From the NCBI GenBank assembly GCA_964234715.1, contig OZ174285.1: 64,000 bases of DNA; one strand, given 5' to 3'. The translations under genes were made by a program, and so were the position numbers. The notes beneath the pieces were generated by a model. The model had not been told where the DNA came from. It saw only the letters and a list, made by a program, of their open reading frames with translations, and made no database searches. The DNA is from Podarcis melisellensis. Taxonomy: Eukaryota. This document shows positions 51,644 to 64,000 of this stretch, in pieces. Positions within the stretch are counted from its first letter, which is position 1. Each line of letters opens with the position of its first letter.

Positions 51644-52112
51644 CTAGAATAGGGAAACCAAATCAGAACAATATGGTCTGGCAACACTCATAGCAATCAA
51701 GAAACCAGTCCAAATTTATCAAACAGCTAGCGTAAAATAAAATTTAGCAAATGTTACCTCTGGATGTGGAAAGTGCAACTCATATTTTAACAGTAGCACA
51801 ACTGCCTATTAGACACAAATGGAAAATGATAAATCTGCCCTCTGTAGATGACTAGTGTTTGAGAGCATGGAATATAGCTTACTCATTTAAACTTACAGAC
51901 ACGTGAAAACAAAAAAGAATCAGGTAACAGAAACATAACATTTCCTCCTCCATCTCAACACAAAGTGGCCATTCTTAGGGTAGCATTTTCAACACTGCAT
52001 AACCCACCAAAAATCCAATCAGTTCAGGGGGATGTTTTAGATTCTAAATGTCAGAAGTGCATCCTTTATTATTCCAAGTTAGGCATGAGGAATTCTTTCT
52101 GCCTCTCTTTAC

Positions 52113-52295
52113 CTCTGGAATCCCATCCATCTTTGTTAGCAACGTAATTTTAATTTCTCTTTCTCCAGGCTTAAACTCCAGGATTCCTGTACTTCCATAG
52201 AACTCGCTGTCTCTTGGTTCTACAGTATAACGTAGAAATTGCTTGATGAGGGCTCCCCTGGACCGTACAATCTGAAGTTCAACAGATTCTCCTTC
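52113..52295 (-). CDS. ADGRV1: ADGRV1 exon ~13 (183 nt)
   Basis: Manual translation EGESVELQIVRSRGALIKQFLRYTVEPRDSEFYGSTGILEFKPGEREIKITLLTKMDGIPE; AAG acceptor after an 88-nt intron. Confidence 0.93.
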
Positions 52296-52383
52296 CTTTA
52301 AAACAAATCAAAAATCCAAAAGACTCAGTATTCTTACTTGGTGTGGTTCCATCATGGAAGGGGTTTAGTTTCTGAGAACTTAC

Positions 52384-52510
52384 TTTTATCCTGTACGGCC
52401 CTCTTGAAGATAAAGAAAATTCAAACACTCCTCCAGGATCATCATTTTCCAGAATAACCACTTCACGGCTAATATAGCCAGATTTCAGGATCTGATTTTC
52501 CACATTCACC
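52384..52510 (-). CDS. ADGRV1: ADGRV1 exon ~12 (127 nt)
   Basis: VNVENQILKSGYISR...RGPYRIK; TCAG acceptor, AAA|GTAAG donor. Confidence 0.95.
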
Positions 52511-53953
52511 CTGAAGAAATAATTCCAAAGATGCTTTTAACCAGCAAGTTAGTTTAGCATTAAACCCACCACCTACAAACATGTTATTCTGAAATACCCC
52601 CCCCCCCACTGAAGGTACATTTGGCCCCATCGCTGGCTCCCTTTCTGGAACAAACACACATTTTATTTGCTAATGGATTGAATATATTATTCACTTTGTT
52701 ATTCTTTTATTATATTGCCTTTGACTGATTATTATTTTTGGCATTCATATTTTTGTATCGTAAAACCACTTTATGAATGAATGTCAAAAAGTGGTATACA
52801 AAAGCTGTACTTAAACAAAGAATGAACAAAGTCTTTCTGCACAGACTATATTTTATTTATATTTGCCTAGATTTTTTTTTTCAAAAAAAGATTAAACGTG
52901 CACACTTCACACAGAGAAAGACAATAAAACACAGTGACATACAAGAGTACTGGATAGTAAGCTTTTAAAAGTACTGCTGGATTTGAAAGCACTGAAGAGC
53001 AGGTTTTAGTGTCCTGCTAACATGTAACAAACTTTCCAATAACATTTGCTATGAACAGTTGTTGAAAGTAATATTTTGTTTCCAACTTCATCTGAGACGA
53101 CATTTTGCCCCTTGATTGTTTCCTGTGCTGCAGATCTACCCAACAAGCAGAGATGATTTCAAGAGAATCCTTTAAAATGGCTTCAATGCAAAGTTTTCTG
53201 TGCATCCACACACTAAACCTGAATCTTATTCTTAACCAAATTCAGTGTTCCTGAAGTGATACTCAGCTTCAGGAACTGAAGTTGTTAACTAATGTTAACT
53301 AATGCTTAAGCTCTTGATTAGTTGCTGGAGCATACAAAGATGCAGATATTATGTTCCTAGGTAATTTGTATTAATTGTTTTTAAATGATCAATGATGAAT
53401 TTAAATTGGCTGCAGCACTAATATGTGCAATTTATTTCAATAAAACCCCAATCTTAAACCTGCTTACATGAAAGTAATTCTCCCTGAACATGGAAGCATT
53501 TACTTCCAAGTCAATGTGCGTAGGGTTGTGATGTATGTTCCCTAAACATTGCAGTGATAACACACAATCTTATTTGAGGATGAAAACAATTTCTGCTTAA
53601 CTCTAATTATGCAGCTCCATTATACCATATTTGGGAGGCCTGATTTCCCAGCGGTGAAATCAGAACAACCAATCTACTGTTCTGCATTATCTTCAAACAT
53701 CAAACACCAAGCCATGCATTCATAACTTTTTATTATTATTCATAGGCCCTACATAAAGGAACGTTTTCAGTCCTCCACCCCATGCTCCCAAATAAAACAG
53801 CAACAGGAAGCATGCATTGCCCAAGGAGGTCCGATAGGCATGGTGCTTCAGAAGGAAAGAAATATTAAAGGAGACACAGTCTTGTCCAGACCAACCACTT
53901 CCAAAACAAAGTGCTGATTCACTGAATACAAAGACACAGCTTGCTGCACTTAC

Positions 53954-53986
53954 CCAAAGTACACGACAAACCTTTCTGTCTCTACC
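53954..53986 (-). CDS. Putative 33-nt in-frame cassette microexon in ADGRV1 intron 11
   Basis: Pyrimidine tract plus GACAG acceptor, TGG|GTAAGT donor, 33 nt, phase 2-2, no stop; adds VETERFVVYFG. No transcript evidence available. Confidence 0.5.
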
Positions 53987-55003
53987 CTGTCAATACAGAG
54001 AGAAATAAGTGGGGGGTAGGAATAAAACCACTGTTTGCCAGATTCTTTGTAGGAGAGTTCTTTAGAGGAAGAAATAAAAAGCGGGGCGGGATAAATTTTT
54101 TTTAAAAAAACCCTGCACCTTTCCAGCACCTAATGTTCACTTTATGGGAATTCTACTTGCTTGGCACTCACTTGTTTGACTAATGCTAGCAAGAGGTTCA
54201 GCAATTCCCACTCATGGGAGATGACCCCATGACCAATTGGGATGTCAAGGACCATTCAAGGCCTTCGCTGCCAGCACTGCTCTAAGAGCCAGCCGCCAAC
54301 TGCCAAGCACTGTGCAGGCATACAGGCTACACAGCAGCTGAGTAAATTTTATTCAGCACCGTCTGTAATTACTCAGTGCTTTTAATTAGACAAAAGAAAC
54401 CCATTTTATTCATTGATGCACAACCCTCCAGGACCTGCCATCCCACTACGCTGCCCAAATAATTGTCTGAGTAGATAAAGAAGGGCAGGGGTTGCCATTG
54501 TTCAGATTTTTGTAATGGGGACATATTTGAAAGGCCTCATTTAGGCAGGAGTTAAAACAGCATGAAGTGTTATTTGTGGCTGCTTTTTCAGTAAATCAAA
54601 CTGTAAGAATGATGTAAGAGGCGAAAGCATTTTCCAAGCCCAACATTTTATCGGCTCGAAACAAATGCTTAACGGTACCAACCACTTGTCAGAAGATATG
54701 GCTGGAAATGGAATAGTGCCTCTGATCCTAACCTAGCATTTTTAATACCCCAGTTACTTTGATTCATTATAAATTGCTGTCTGCCTGTATATCTTAGTTA
54801 TGCAAGCATGTGTGAATGGCATTTGTCCTTGGCAATGTCTGCTCCATAAGCTGCCACTGGAATTCACAGGAGTTCTGCAGAAAAACCTCTCTGTATAGAT
54901 AACCTGTGCTAAGTGTTGTATGCAAAGATGACATAATCCCTTCCCAAAGGGTTCAGCAGGCAGAACAAAGATAAATGCCAGGACTCTAATAGTGTACCAT
55001 AAA

Positions 55004-55282
55004 TAGGGACGTACCTAGGGGTTGGCTAGGTTGGCCCCCGCCAACAGCACAGAATCAGGGGACCACTCAAATCACACCTCCCCCGTCTGGCTCCTAGTGG
55101 CTATGAGCCCACCCGCCTGTCCTCACACTTCCTGGGCCACTCCTTTGCTGCTCTGGGAAGCCGGGTGAGGTGTGCAGGCTCCTCTGGGTACCTTGGTGGA
55201 GGATCCTCCCCAAGGGCACAAGGAATGGGGGGCACCGATACAGCTCCTTGCCAAGGGCGCAAAGAGCCTAGGTACACCTCTG
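55004..55282. mobile_element. hAT-like MITE
   Basis: TIRs AGGGACGTACCTAGG / CCTAGGTACACCTCT; degenerate 8-bp TSD ACCATAAA/AGTATAAA. Confidence 0.72.
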
Positions 55283-56800
55283 AGTATAAATGAGGTTGCC
55301 AAGAGCAAACTAGCGAGTCAAAGCATAAAAACTGGAGGACAGGTTTCAGCACAGCACTAATAAGGAATGTCATTTTCACAAAGGCATTATGAACCACAAA
55401 CTGACTGAAGGGGGAAAGATGACAGGAAAAGAGGCTCAGGGACAGAAAGCTGGTTACAGTACTATATACACCAGGGCCTAAATCCCAAACAGTTAAGCAT
55501 ACCTGACCCCATAGTGAGCTAACCTGTGCTGGATTTAGGCCAAGATTACAATACAAGCATTTTCATATTCTTGATAAGCAATATACATAATGTATATGGT
55601 GTAACCTAGAGTTCTTCTACCTTGGGTTGCCAGATCTTGTTGGATTACATCAACCATCTCTGACCACTGGCTAAGGCATGCCCCTCAACCGCCCCAATTC
55701 CAGGATGAGTGGGACATGCTGGAATTATAGATGCCATCCCAGCAACCTGGTGTTGTGTCTTGAGCTTGGATCCTTGAACAATAGGCAGGTAGGATTCTAG
55801 AAATCAGCAACCTGATTGGCCTATGGGAGCCATCCAATCCGGCTCCAGGAAGGGAGTTTGAATCAGCCTATCACACATGAATCACTCTAGAATGTAGCAC
55901 CTGAGGATCCTTCCCTGAAACTGGCCCCTCCGCCAATTTCCTGTTATCCTGAGGAGCCACACGTTTGCTGATCTAACATCAAATTCTGAACAAATGATTT
56001 GATAAAGTACAATGATTATTTAGTAATATGTACATTAAATGTGATATAGAACCAGATAAATAATATCAGACATAGTGTTAAGGTTGATAAATCTAGTTTT
56101 TAAAAAACAAATCAGCTCTGTTGTCACTTTAATATTTATACCCAGTGCAGAAACTCACCAAGTATAAGAACTAACTGGAAAAGGAAGAGTATAACTTATG
56201 TATGGAAACATGAGCAATACTCTGTATGGAATTAAGTTACATAATACCTGTTGAGGCAGCAGCAAAGAAGTTGAAATATCATAAATGAAATTCAACTCCT
56301 TTTCTTGTGTTAAGTCTCTGAGACAACTTACTATGAAAATCAATCCTATTACTTTTTAATGGTATGGCATTATAAGAACCAGATCATTACAGGCACATTT
56401 TGACAGAAGTATAACTTTACATGAAACGGAAATGGAAATTTAGCATAATTGTGCCTTCAGAGCAATGTTATCTGCCAAAGGAAATGCAGAAACAATTTCA
56501 GCGGACAACCAATATGATAGAGCCATCCGTTTGCATATTACCTATGAGTCAAAGGAATTCTTTAAAAAAAAACAATTTATGGCTCTGATTCAACATATAA
56601 AATGTCATGGATGCATAAGGTGTCTCTGAACATTTACAGAATAATGTAAATGTAAATAATGTAAATAAATTCTACTGTGCTTAAAGGGGCTTACTCAATA
56701 CACCCCACCCCACAAGTAAGCATACAAATGTTAGCCAGTGCATAAAATAATACAATCAGGATATAAGGGTATGTTGTGACAAATTATTGCAGAATAATAC

Positions 56801-57024
56801 CTGTCTAATGACAAAATTAGAGTCTCATTCATTTCTGGGATGTCATCAGCTTTGACAGTAAGGTTGATTGCTGTGTCACTTTGTCCAGATAAAAATACAA
56901 CAGAGCCAGAGAAAGGGCTTATATCATCAATAGTTACAGCTTTTGGATTGAGGCCAGAGGGTATCAGGCTCCAGAAGACAGTAGCTTGTCCATCAGTCCC
57001 ATCTCGTTGCAATGGAATGGAGGT
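56801..57024 (-). CDS. ADGRV1: ADGRV1 exon ~11 (224 nt)
   Basis: TSIPLQRDGTDGQATV...EMNETLILSLD; donor AG|GTAT, phase 2. Confidence 0.95.
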
Positions 57025-58183
57025 CTAGAATGTATACCAAGTTCTGTAAGGTTTTTTTCTTTCTTATTGAATGTACATGCAACTCTAGATGCCAAGCTAC
57101 AGCCAATATCAAATATCTAAAAACACATTTCTGAAATAGTACATAGATTGATTTATTTTTAACTTCTACAGCATTCTGCACCTATGAAATGCATTGAAAG
57201 AATTGTATGGCATCTTTTAAATATTGGTGAGGTGCGTCACAAATTAATGAAACATGAAAATGGGGGGGGGAGAGAAAATCTAAATAACTAAAAAATCAGT
57301 GAAGTTCTCATGATTGGGATGCAGAGTTTTTGTCACGCTCATCTTCCTTTTGAGAGATGTTTGCGAGTAACATTGCTTCCTTTCTTCAAATCATCTCACC
57401 AACAATCTTCACTCCGTAGCCTACCTAGGAGCCCACATTTCAAGACCCAGATGAAGACATCATGAGGTAACCAACCACTCTCATGGTGCTTTTTTCAAAA
57501 GAAAGGAAAGGTGGGCAGCAGGGGAGGCTACAGAGTGCTGGAGGATTGGTTACATGGTAGGAAAGCAGTGGTCAGTGTGGTTCGTTAAGGGAGCTGAGAG
57601 TTGTTAGGAAACCCTTAACAAAGTACAGTTCCCAGGATTCTTTTTGCAGAAAGCCATGACTCTTAAAAGTCGAATAAGAGTACTTCAAATGTGTGGTGTG
57701 GATGTGGCCAAAAACACCACCCCTTTGCCACCTCACAACAAGTAACCCTAAAACCCCACACAGAGCAAAATTCTGAAGTACCCTGAGAATGAGGCAGGAA
57801 AAACAAAGCCTCCACAGGGAACAAAAAAAACCTTTGAGAAATTGGAGGGAACCGTGTTATCTAGTACTTGATTTTACTTGGAGTTAGGAAAATATAACTT
57901 TTATTACAACTATATGACCCTTACCTCTGAGCAGCATCTTCATAGGTTGCAAGGAACAGTGACATTTCAATTTAACTGTGATTCAGAGTTGTTAAGATTC
58001 TTTTTCTTCATTACAGAACCATGGTGACAAGGCATGAGGAATATTTTGAATAAGTAAGTGTTGCAAAATAAATTATTTTCCACTAGCTTGCAGAAGTTCG
58101 TGTTAAGTGAAGGCAGACCCTGTACTTTCTCTGAAGAAAATGTGCAGTATGCAAGAACAACGTTTAAAGAAATATTTACTTAC

Positions 58184-58360
58184 TACTGTAAAAACAGCAT
58201 CTTCTGGCTCATGTAAAATTACTGGAAGATTGCTGATAAAGCCAATTTCTCCATTTGCAATGTCAGGCGTAATTCTTAAGGAGATGTTTTGAATTTCACC
58301 TAGTCTAGGACTTACAGGTGGAACTAGAGGAGTGATATTCAGCAGTTCAACTTTTTCAAG
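58184..58360 (-). CDS. ADGRV1: ADGRV1 exon ~10 (177 nt)
   Basis: LEKVELLNITPLVPPVSPR...EDAVFTV; GCAG acceptor, GTA|GTAAGT donor. Confidence 0.93.
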
Positions 58361-59703
58361 CTGCAATAAGAGAAATAAAGATTTTAAGATTCTCTGCCAT
58401 TCCTACATACGGTACAATGATTTATAGGACAACTAGTTATTGCATATTTTTAATGTAAGCTGCAAATATCTGACCAGGATTTTGCAGTATCCTGCTGCAA
58501 AAAATGATAACACATAATTCCCATGATAGGAAGAGATTATTTCCACTTGCAGTTATTCTGGGAAAATTTACATCTACAGATCTTTATGCCTGTCACATTT
58601 GAACATATAAGGAAAACAAGCAATCACATGTGCAGTTCTGCATCAGAATAAGTAACTGTAAATTGCTGAAGCAGGTTATGAACAGGCATTCTTCCACCAA
58701 ACTGAACCATTTTGGAGAGGAAGACTCCAGGATCCCATAAATTAATGCCCAGGAGATGTTAGAACCTGCTGAAGAACCTACACTGAACTCTCAATGAATG
58801 TACATAGAGAAGGGAAACAGTTGCAGGAGATGGAGAAGGAAATAAACAAAATCCATTTCCATGATATTCATACAAAATTTTCTACAATATTTTGTGCCTC
58901 TGTTTTGGAGTCGTTATCATGGGTCCTAACTTTTCACACCATGAACATTTATTTATTTATTTAAAATATTTGGAAACCACCAACTTATTAAAAAAAAAAA
59001 TCAAGACAGAGTCTAATAAAATAGAAGGATCATGTAACAGCACAGAAGGAGCTCCTTCCATTCACAGAATTGAGCAAAAGCAAAGGATCCAAATTTTTAT
59101 TATCAATTTTATAACAGTGTGGGTTCCTGGGATTGGGATTGGACGGGCATCCAAACTCCCCAAAAAGCACACAGCAGAACTGGTTTCAATTGTTACTATT
59201 ACAATTGCTGATACTTTTAAAAGAGCCAAACAGAACAAAGTCCCATGGGGAAATGCAAGAGTAACAGAAAGTTTGGTGGATGAGGTTCCCAAAGGGCATT
59301 TTATCCACTGATGCTTTACATATTTTCTTGACCCAGGTGAGTTCTTTAAAGAATTCTGTATTCCTTTGAATTTGGAATGTACAGAAATATTTTTACAGAG
59401 TTATATTTCAGGCTATACCAGGTGATTGAACTGGCTATGGTACTGAAAAATTCCCAGTTAATTATTAATCTTTTCTTTCTTACCAATGTTTTCTTTAATT
59501 TCAATTGCGTTCTCATGTCACTTCCTCTTTCCACAAACCTCATTCTAAACTGTGCATGTAGAAATAAGGTTTATCCAAGAAAAACATTAGACTTCCCTAA
59601 TAAGGCAACATGAAGGGGATGTTTCATGTTATTGATGCTATAATAAGAAATTAAACTCATGTGTCACATAAAAGTTATGACAATTTTATACCATATGACA
59701 TAC

Positions 59704-60033
59704 CTGTACTAAGAAATGGGCCCCATTTTGAAGAAACGCATCATTTCTTATTGGTACTTTTATAATTTCTCTAGTTCTTCCTTCTGGAAAGTAGAGGGTG
59801 CTTCTTCCCGAAATGTTTAGAACACCTTCTTTAGCTCGCTCAGGATCCACAGGCCCAGCAGGAATATACAGGACTGTATAAGACAGTCTCACATCTCCCA
59901 CTGTTCCCTTTTGCCTTGCAAAGCTAAGAGACAAAAAACGTCCATCGGGGCTGCTTTCTATCCTCTGATCCTCTGCAGGGTAGAACTTTATTACACCATA
60001 AACATCATCACTGTCTTGAATGTAGAACAAAAG
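59704..60033 (-). CDS. ADGRV1: ADGRV1 exon ~9 (330 nt)
   Basis: LLFYIQDSDDVYG...NGAHFLVQ; CTAG acceptor, CAG|GTATG donor. Confidence 0.95.
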
Positions 60034-61129
60034 CTAGAAGAATGACAACAGAGTATTCATGTTAAGAGCAAATTACCATTAGAATTCATTATAAATTACG
60101 GTAATTATCAGATCACCATTGTAAGTATTGATTGGATTATGAGATTTTTATCACTCCCAAGACAGGCAATGCAACCACAGAACTAACTGACTTTACATGA
60201 CCCCATCACTTGTGGTAGCCAACAGTGCTTGTGCTAACAGTGAACAAGCACTGCCATGTAAAGGAAGTGTGACAAACTTTGTCGTGCTCCCGGAATTTTC
60301 CCACACTCATGTCAGCAGCTGGAAGTAAGCTGCTTATTGTAGCAACTCATCAAAAGCAGGAGCAACTGGCTAACATGACCAGGCAGGTCAAGTATTGAGG
60401 GTCTTAAGCAGAACATATTGCTACTCCACTCATTCTACCCTTGAACATTTTGCTAGCTAATCAAAGTGATCATAATGTGGAAATCCATCTAACATGCAAT
60501 TGTATCAAAAAAAACTGCATCATCACCAGGATGTCCTGAAAGGAACAGCCAAATGGATCCCACAAAGGGTTGCTGAGCCACTTAAGTTCAACAGCAGAAG
60601 TTCTTCAGGACAGAGGTGAACCCTTTCAGGTAACACGGGCATCAGAATCTTGTCCAATTTAGCATAGCATCCTAATATGCCAACTTGGGCAGGAATATTA
60701 TTCCATAGTATCTCTATGAGTGGGAGGAAGCTAGCTCTGAGCAAAACTACTTTTCCAGTAGTGTAAGGCAAAAAAAAAAAAAGGTTTCAGTAGTACTGAA
60801 AAGCTTCTCTCTGAGGATTTTCCAGCAGTGCCTGGGAAAATATTTTGCCTATTTATTTACACTGCCTGATCTCCTCATCTCTCTCAGTTGGTTTTGATCT
60901 CACTGAGACTGTAACTTAACAAAATCCAACCAGCAATGCCACCACATTCACAGCACTGATTGCTTGGCATCCCCTCTGTAACTGAACAATAAGGCTTTAC
61001 CCTCCTGGATTTATTTTGTTTGCCCTGATGTCATCATGTAGAAAAATATGATTAGCTACCTCAGAATGAGAACAGACCAAATGTTGGAAGAATGGCATCC
61101 AATGCCTCTTGTCCCAATATCAATTACAA

Positions 61130-61700
61130 GATCTTCAGGTGATCATGAAGATGGATAAGAGGCACTTAAGAGATGTCTCTTCAGTTCTGATGCAGAAAGG
61201 GATTTAACCACGATTGCCTCTACCAAAAGTTCACCATGGTTCCCACTTATCAAAACGGAGCACAGCTGAGCTAGTTATCTGACAAAGCTCCCACTTGCCG
61301 TACTTAGAATCGCTTTTACAGAATTACGATTCCAATCGATGCCCTTGGCGGTGGTGGATGGTCGGTACGGCAAAGTACTGTACAAGGAGAGACTATGTCT
61401 GTGTGGGCAACCTTGCGTAGAGGACCTGTACCACTATTTATTGCAATGCTCGCTATATACAGAACCAAGAGACCAATTTATAAAACCCCTGCTTACAAAT
61501 GCAACACACTCAAACAGGGCAGAAAGGGTGAAATGGCTGCTGAGTGATACTGATGACTTCCTGATTTATAAAGTAGCACTATATGAGTTGGCAGCTAAGA
61601 AGATCAGGAGAAAGAACTAGATAAAATACTGGTCAATTGCAAAGGTGATTTGGACATTTAAGCTGGCACATTCTATCTGATTAGCTACCTAGCATTGTGA
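61130..61700 (+). mobile_element. Non-LTR retrotransposon ORF2 C-terminal fragment (RTE-X-like)
   Basis: RIAFTELRFQSMPLAVVDGRY...ERLCLCGQPCVEDLYHYLLQCSLYTEPR, a C-terminal Cys/His motif; upstream stops. Confidence 0.7.
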
Positions 61701-62018
61701 CTTAGTCCTAGTTATCAATAAACTGTTAGCAATGAGGGGTTCTGAATGAGAGCAACTTATTAGAAACCAACACAGACACCATTACCGACTCCTAGAATAA
61801 GAAAGCTAATTTTACTGAGGTATAAGGTTAAAGTGTCAATGCAATGCAGCTGATCAACAGCAGCAACAGACTGGAGAAGCAACGGTGCCAGACAGGATTG
61901 TAAAATAAAGAATATACCAATTATATAAATAATTGGTTTAAATAATTATACTAATTGGATAAAATTGGCATCTTACTGGAACACCTGCATTTCTTTAGGC
62001 GAACAAATGCAGACCTAC

Positions 62019-62289
62019 CTCAGCTGGTTCGCTCACTTCCGCACCCCCCTTTATTGTATGAGCCAGAATCCTAAGCAGATATGGCTGTGCCTCTTCAGGG
62101 AAATTGTCATTAACAATGTTCAGAGGAAGTGATGCTATCAGCTGCCCTTGAGCAAAATGCAATACCCCCGAGTCTGGAGTGATGTCTGCAGTCACAGGCG
62201 AAGGATCACTGCTATTGCGGGTTATAATCCAGGAAACCGAAACATTTCCATGTGTTCCACCATTTCGTACAACTGTGATGCCTTCGTAC
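62019..62289 (-). CDS. ADGRV1: ADGRV1 exon ~8 (271 nt)
   Basis: CTAG|G TAC; YEGITVVRNGGTHGNV...EVSEPAE; donor GAG|GTAGG. Confidence 0.95.
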
Positions 62290-63604
62290 CTAGAGGTTGC
62301 AAACATAAATGAACAAACAATTTTCTAATTTTAACTCTAGTGAAACACTAGAGTTATAATGAAGCACTCAAATGAACCTACAAGTTACTCCGATATATAA
62401 ACACTGCAGGAGTTAAATGCCCTTCCTGAGTAGAGTTAAACTATTGTTACCTATGCAAACTGACTTGACAAATAAGTTGAATGGTGTCTGTGTCTTGCCT
62501 GATCTTTGTTGTTCATCATAATTCCCCACTCAGTGCTACTGCACTGGTCCTGGGCTATTGTCCTGTGTGGTGTTTATTCTTCTGATCCAAATTCTCCTAC
62601 CCAACACATGCAGACAGAAGCTCCAACTTGTAAGTAAGGAAGAGACTTTTAGTCAGGCAGGTAACAGTTCTGGCTCAGTGGCAGACACCATGCTCAGGAG
62701 TCACGGCTCAGGATCAGGGAAGGAATTACAAAACTGGGCAGAAGTGACAAAGATGCCCCAGAAATTTTCCCAGCCCCATCCACTAGCATTTAAAGACAAA
62801 GCATATCAGACTAACTGGTTAGGCTTTCTCACCTTGTGGAAAAGCCAAGACTACAAGTGTGCACTCCAATGGGGTGGGTGGATCTGCTCCCATCTGCAAA
62901 GCTGGCACCTGGTTCTAGGTATCATAAGTGAACCCTCCTGCTCCAGCCCCTGTTCAGTTGACACTGCCTCCAGCTTAGTTTCCCCACTCAGCTGAGCAAA
63001 GTTCTCCCCAGCCTCCACTAACGCCCTGTGCTTCACAGGAAGGTCAGAGGAAGGTGGAAACGGGAGATCTCTCTTCCAACCAAGGTTCCCAACAGTTCAT
63101 CCATCCCATTTCCTCCTCCTCTTCAGTCAAAGCCTGCCAACCCAGGCTCAATCATGACAGCACTGCAGGGTTCATGACAATCCATTACTTTATTCAGAAC
63201 ACCTAGGGTGCAGATGGACAGACGTTAGCACTCTTCAGGCACCGTGCCCAGCACATAATGACACGTAGAGCAAGGACATGTGTGGTAGCTCCACCCACTC
63301 TGATGTGTCTCGTCATCCACCTCTACAGCCCTCCACACACTGGAGGGAGAACAACTGCAGCAGGAATCTGTAGACTTATGTAGGTTCCCTATGAATTCTA
63401 ACCAAAGCACTAGTCCTAATTCAATTTAAGGCATTCATTAAGAGCAAGGCAAAGCATAATTCAGTGCTAAACAGCCCTGATAAAAGTTACCAACAAGGAA
63501 ATACAAGCATTTTCCCAGCCCAAATTTGTTTTCTCAAATAAATTCTAGCTAGTTTTCTCCTAAATCTACCTTAGCACTTCCAATGTAATAAAAGGAAACG
63601 GCAC

Positions 63605-64000
63605 CTTAACATTTGATCTTCGTCAATAACCACTGGCCGAGTAAACAGGATGTTGTTGATAGATAGTACTCCATAAGGTTTATCATTGGGCTGAATGGTA
63701 ACTTGGACAACAGATGGGTTTGTTAAAACAGCATCTCCTTGCAAAGTGTCCTTAAGTAGCATGATATGAAATGTCTCAGCAATTTCTGGTATGGCATCAT
63801 CAATGATTTTGAATTTTATGTAAGATTCATGCACTGAAGGTGGGAAAATGATAGTTGTGTTTGGCTGTAAATCTAGAAAGTCTAAGTTAAGCTGTGCATG
63901 TGCTGTTGAATTCCCAGTTACAACAGCATAGCGAATGGAGACTTCATGTTCATCCGGTCCAATTATGTTTCCATCATCATCTTTACCCCGAGCTATTGAG
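63605..64000 (-). CDS. ADGRV1: ADGRV1 exon ~7 (5' part outside window), Calx-beta
   Basis: SIARGKDDDGNIIGPDEHEVSIRYAVVTGNSTAHAQ...DEDQML; donor AG|GTGC, phase 2. Confidence 0.93.

Larger units (their letters stand above)
321..64000 (-). other. ADGRV1: ADGRV1 (VLGR1/GPR98) gene body, 45 coding exons (about human exons 7-51); continues beyond both window edges
   Basis: Spliced translation gives tandem Calx-beta repeats (DD.PE..E.F, NDDP.G motifs), a pentraxin/LamG domain and EAR repeats, colinear with recalled human ADGRV1; all 44 internal introns are GT-AG with matching phases. Confidence 0.98.

Noticed and set aside
1-64000. CRISPR array or prokaryotic defence system; plus-strand ORFs antisense to exons
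   Set aside because: No repeat-spacer array or operon structure; the DNA is a vertebrate exon-intron gene, and the antisense ORFs are shadows of the coding exons.

Overview
Vertebrate genomic DNA, most likely a squamate (probably lacertid lizard, judged from a Sauria SINE and other squamate-type repeats). The whole window lies inside one minus-strand gene, ADGRV1 (VLGR1/GPR98/USH2C), the giant adhesion GPCR. I reconstructed 45 consecutive coding exons by hand (about 9.9 kb of CDS), equivalent to human exons 7-51 (numbering recalled from the human gene, not looked up). All introns are GT-AG with compatible phases, so the gene looks intact. The exons encode Calx-beta repeats, the LamG/pentraxin domain and the EAR/EPTP propeller. 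Introns carry Tc1/mariner-type and hAT-type MITEs, several SINE families, L1/L2/RTE-X-like fragments, a probable solo LTR, microsatellites and a 174-nt assembly gap. No prokaryote-style system is present. Best leads: (1) a 33-nt in-frame cassette microexon candidate in intron 11 with a consensus donor and downstream RBFOX motifs; (2) a 78-nt skippable exon encoding an acidic Ser-Gly glycosaminoglycan-attachment motif; (3) an internal exon-31 donor 83 nt upstream of the normal one, matching the mammalian secreted VLGR1c isoform; (4) a PAN/apple-like Cys module, with three non-Calx modules apparently inserted in the equivalent Calx-beta loop; (5) a sense-oriented solo LTR in intron 18.
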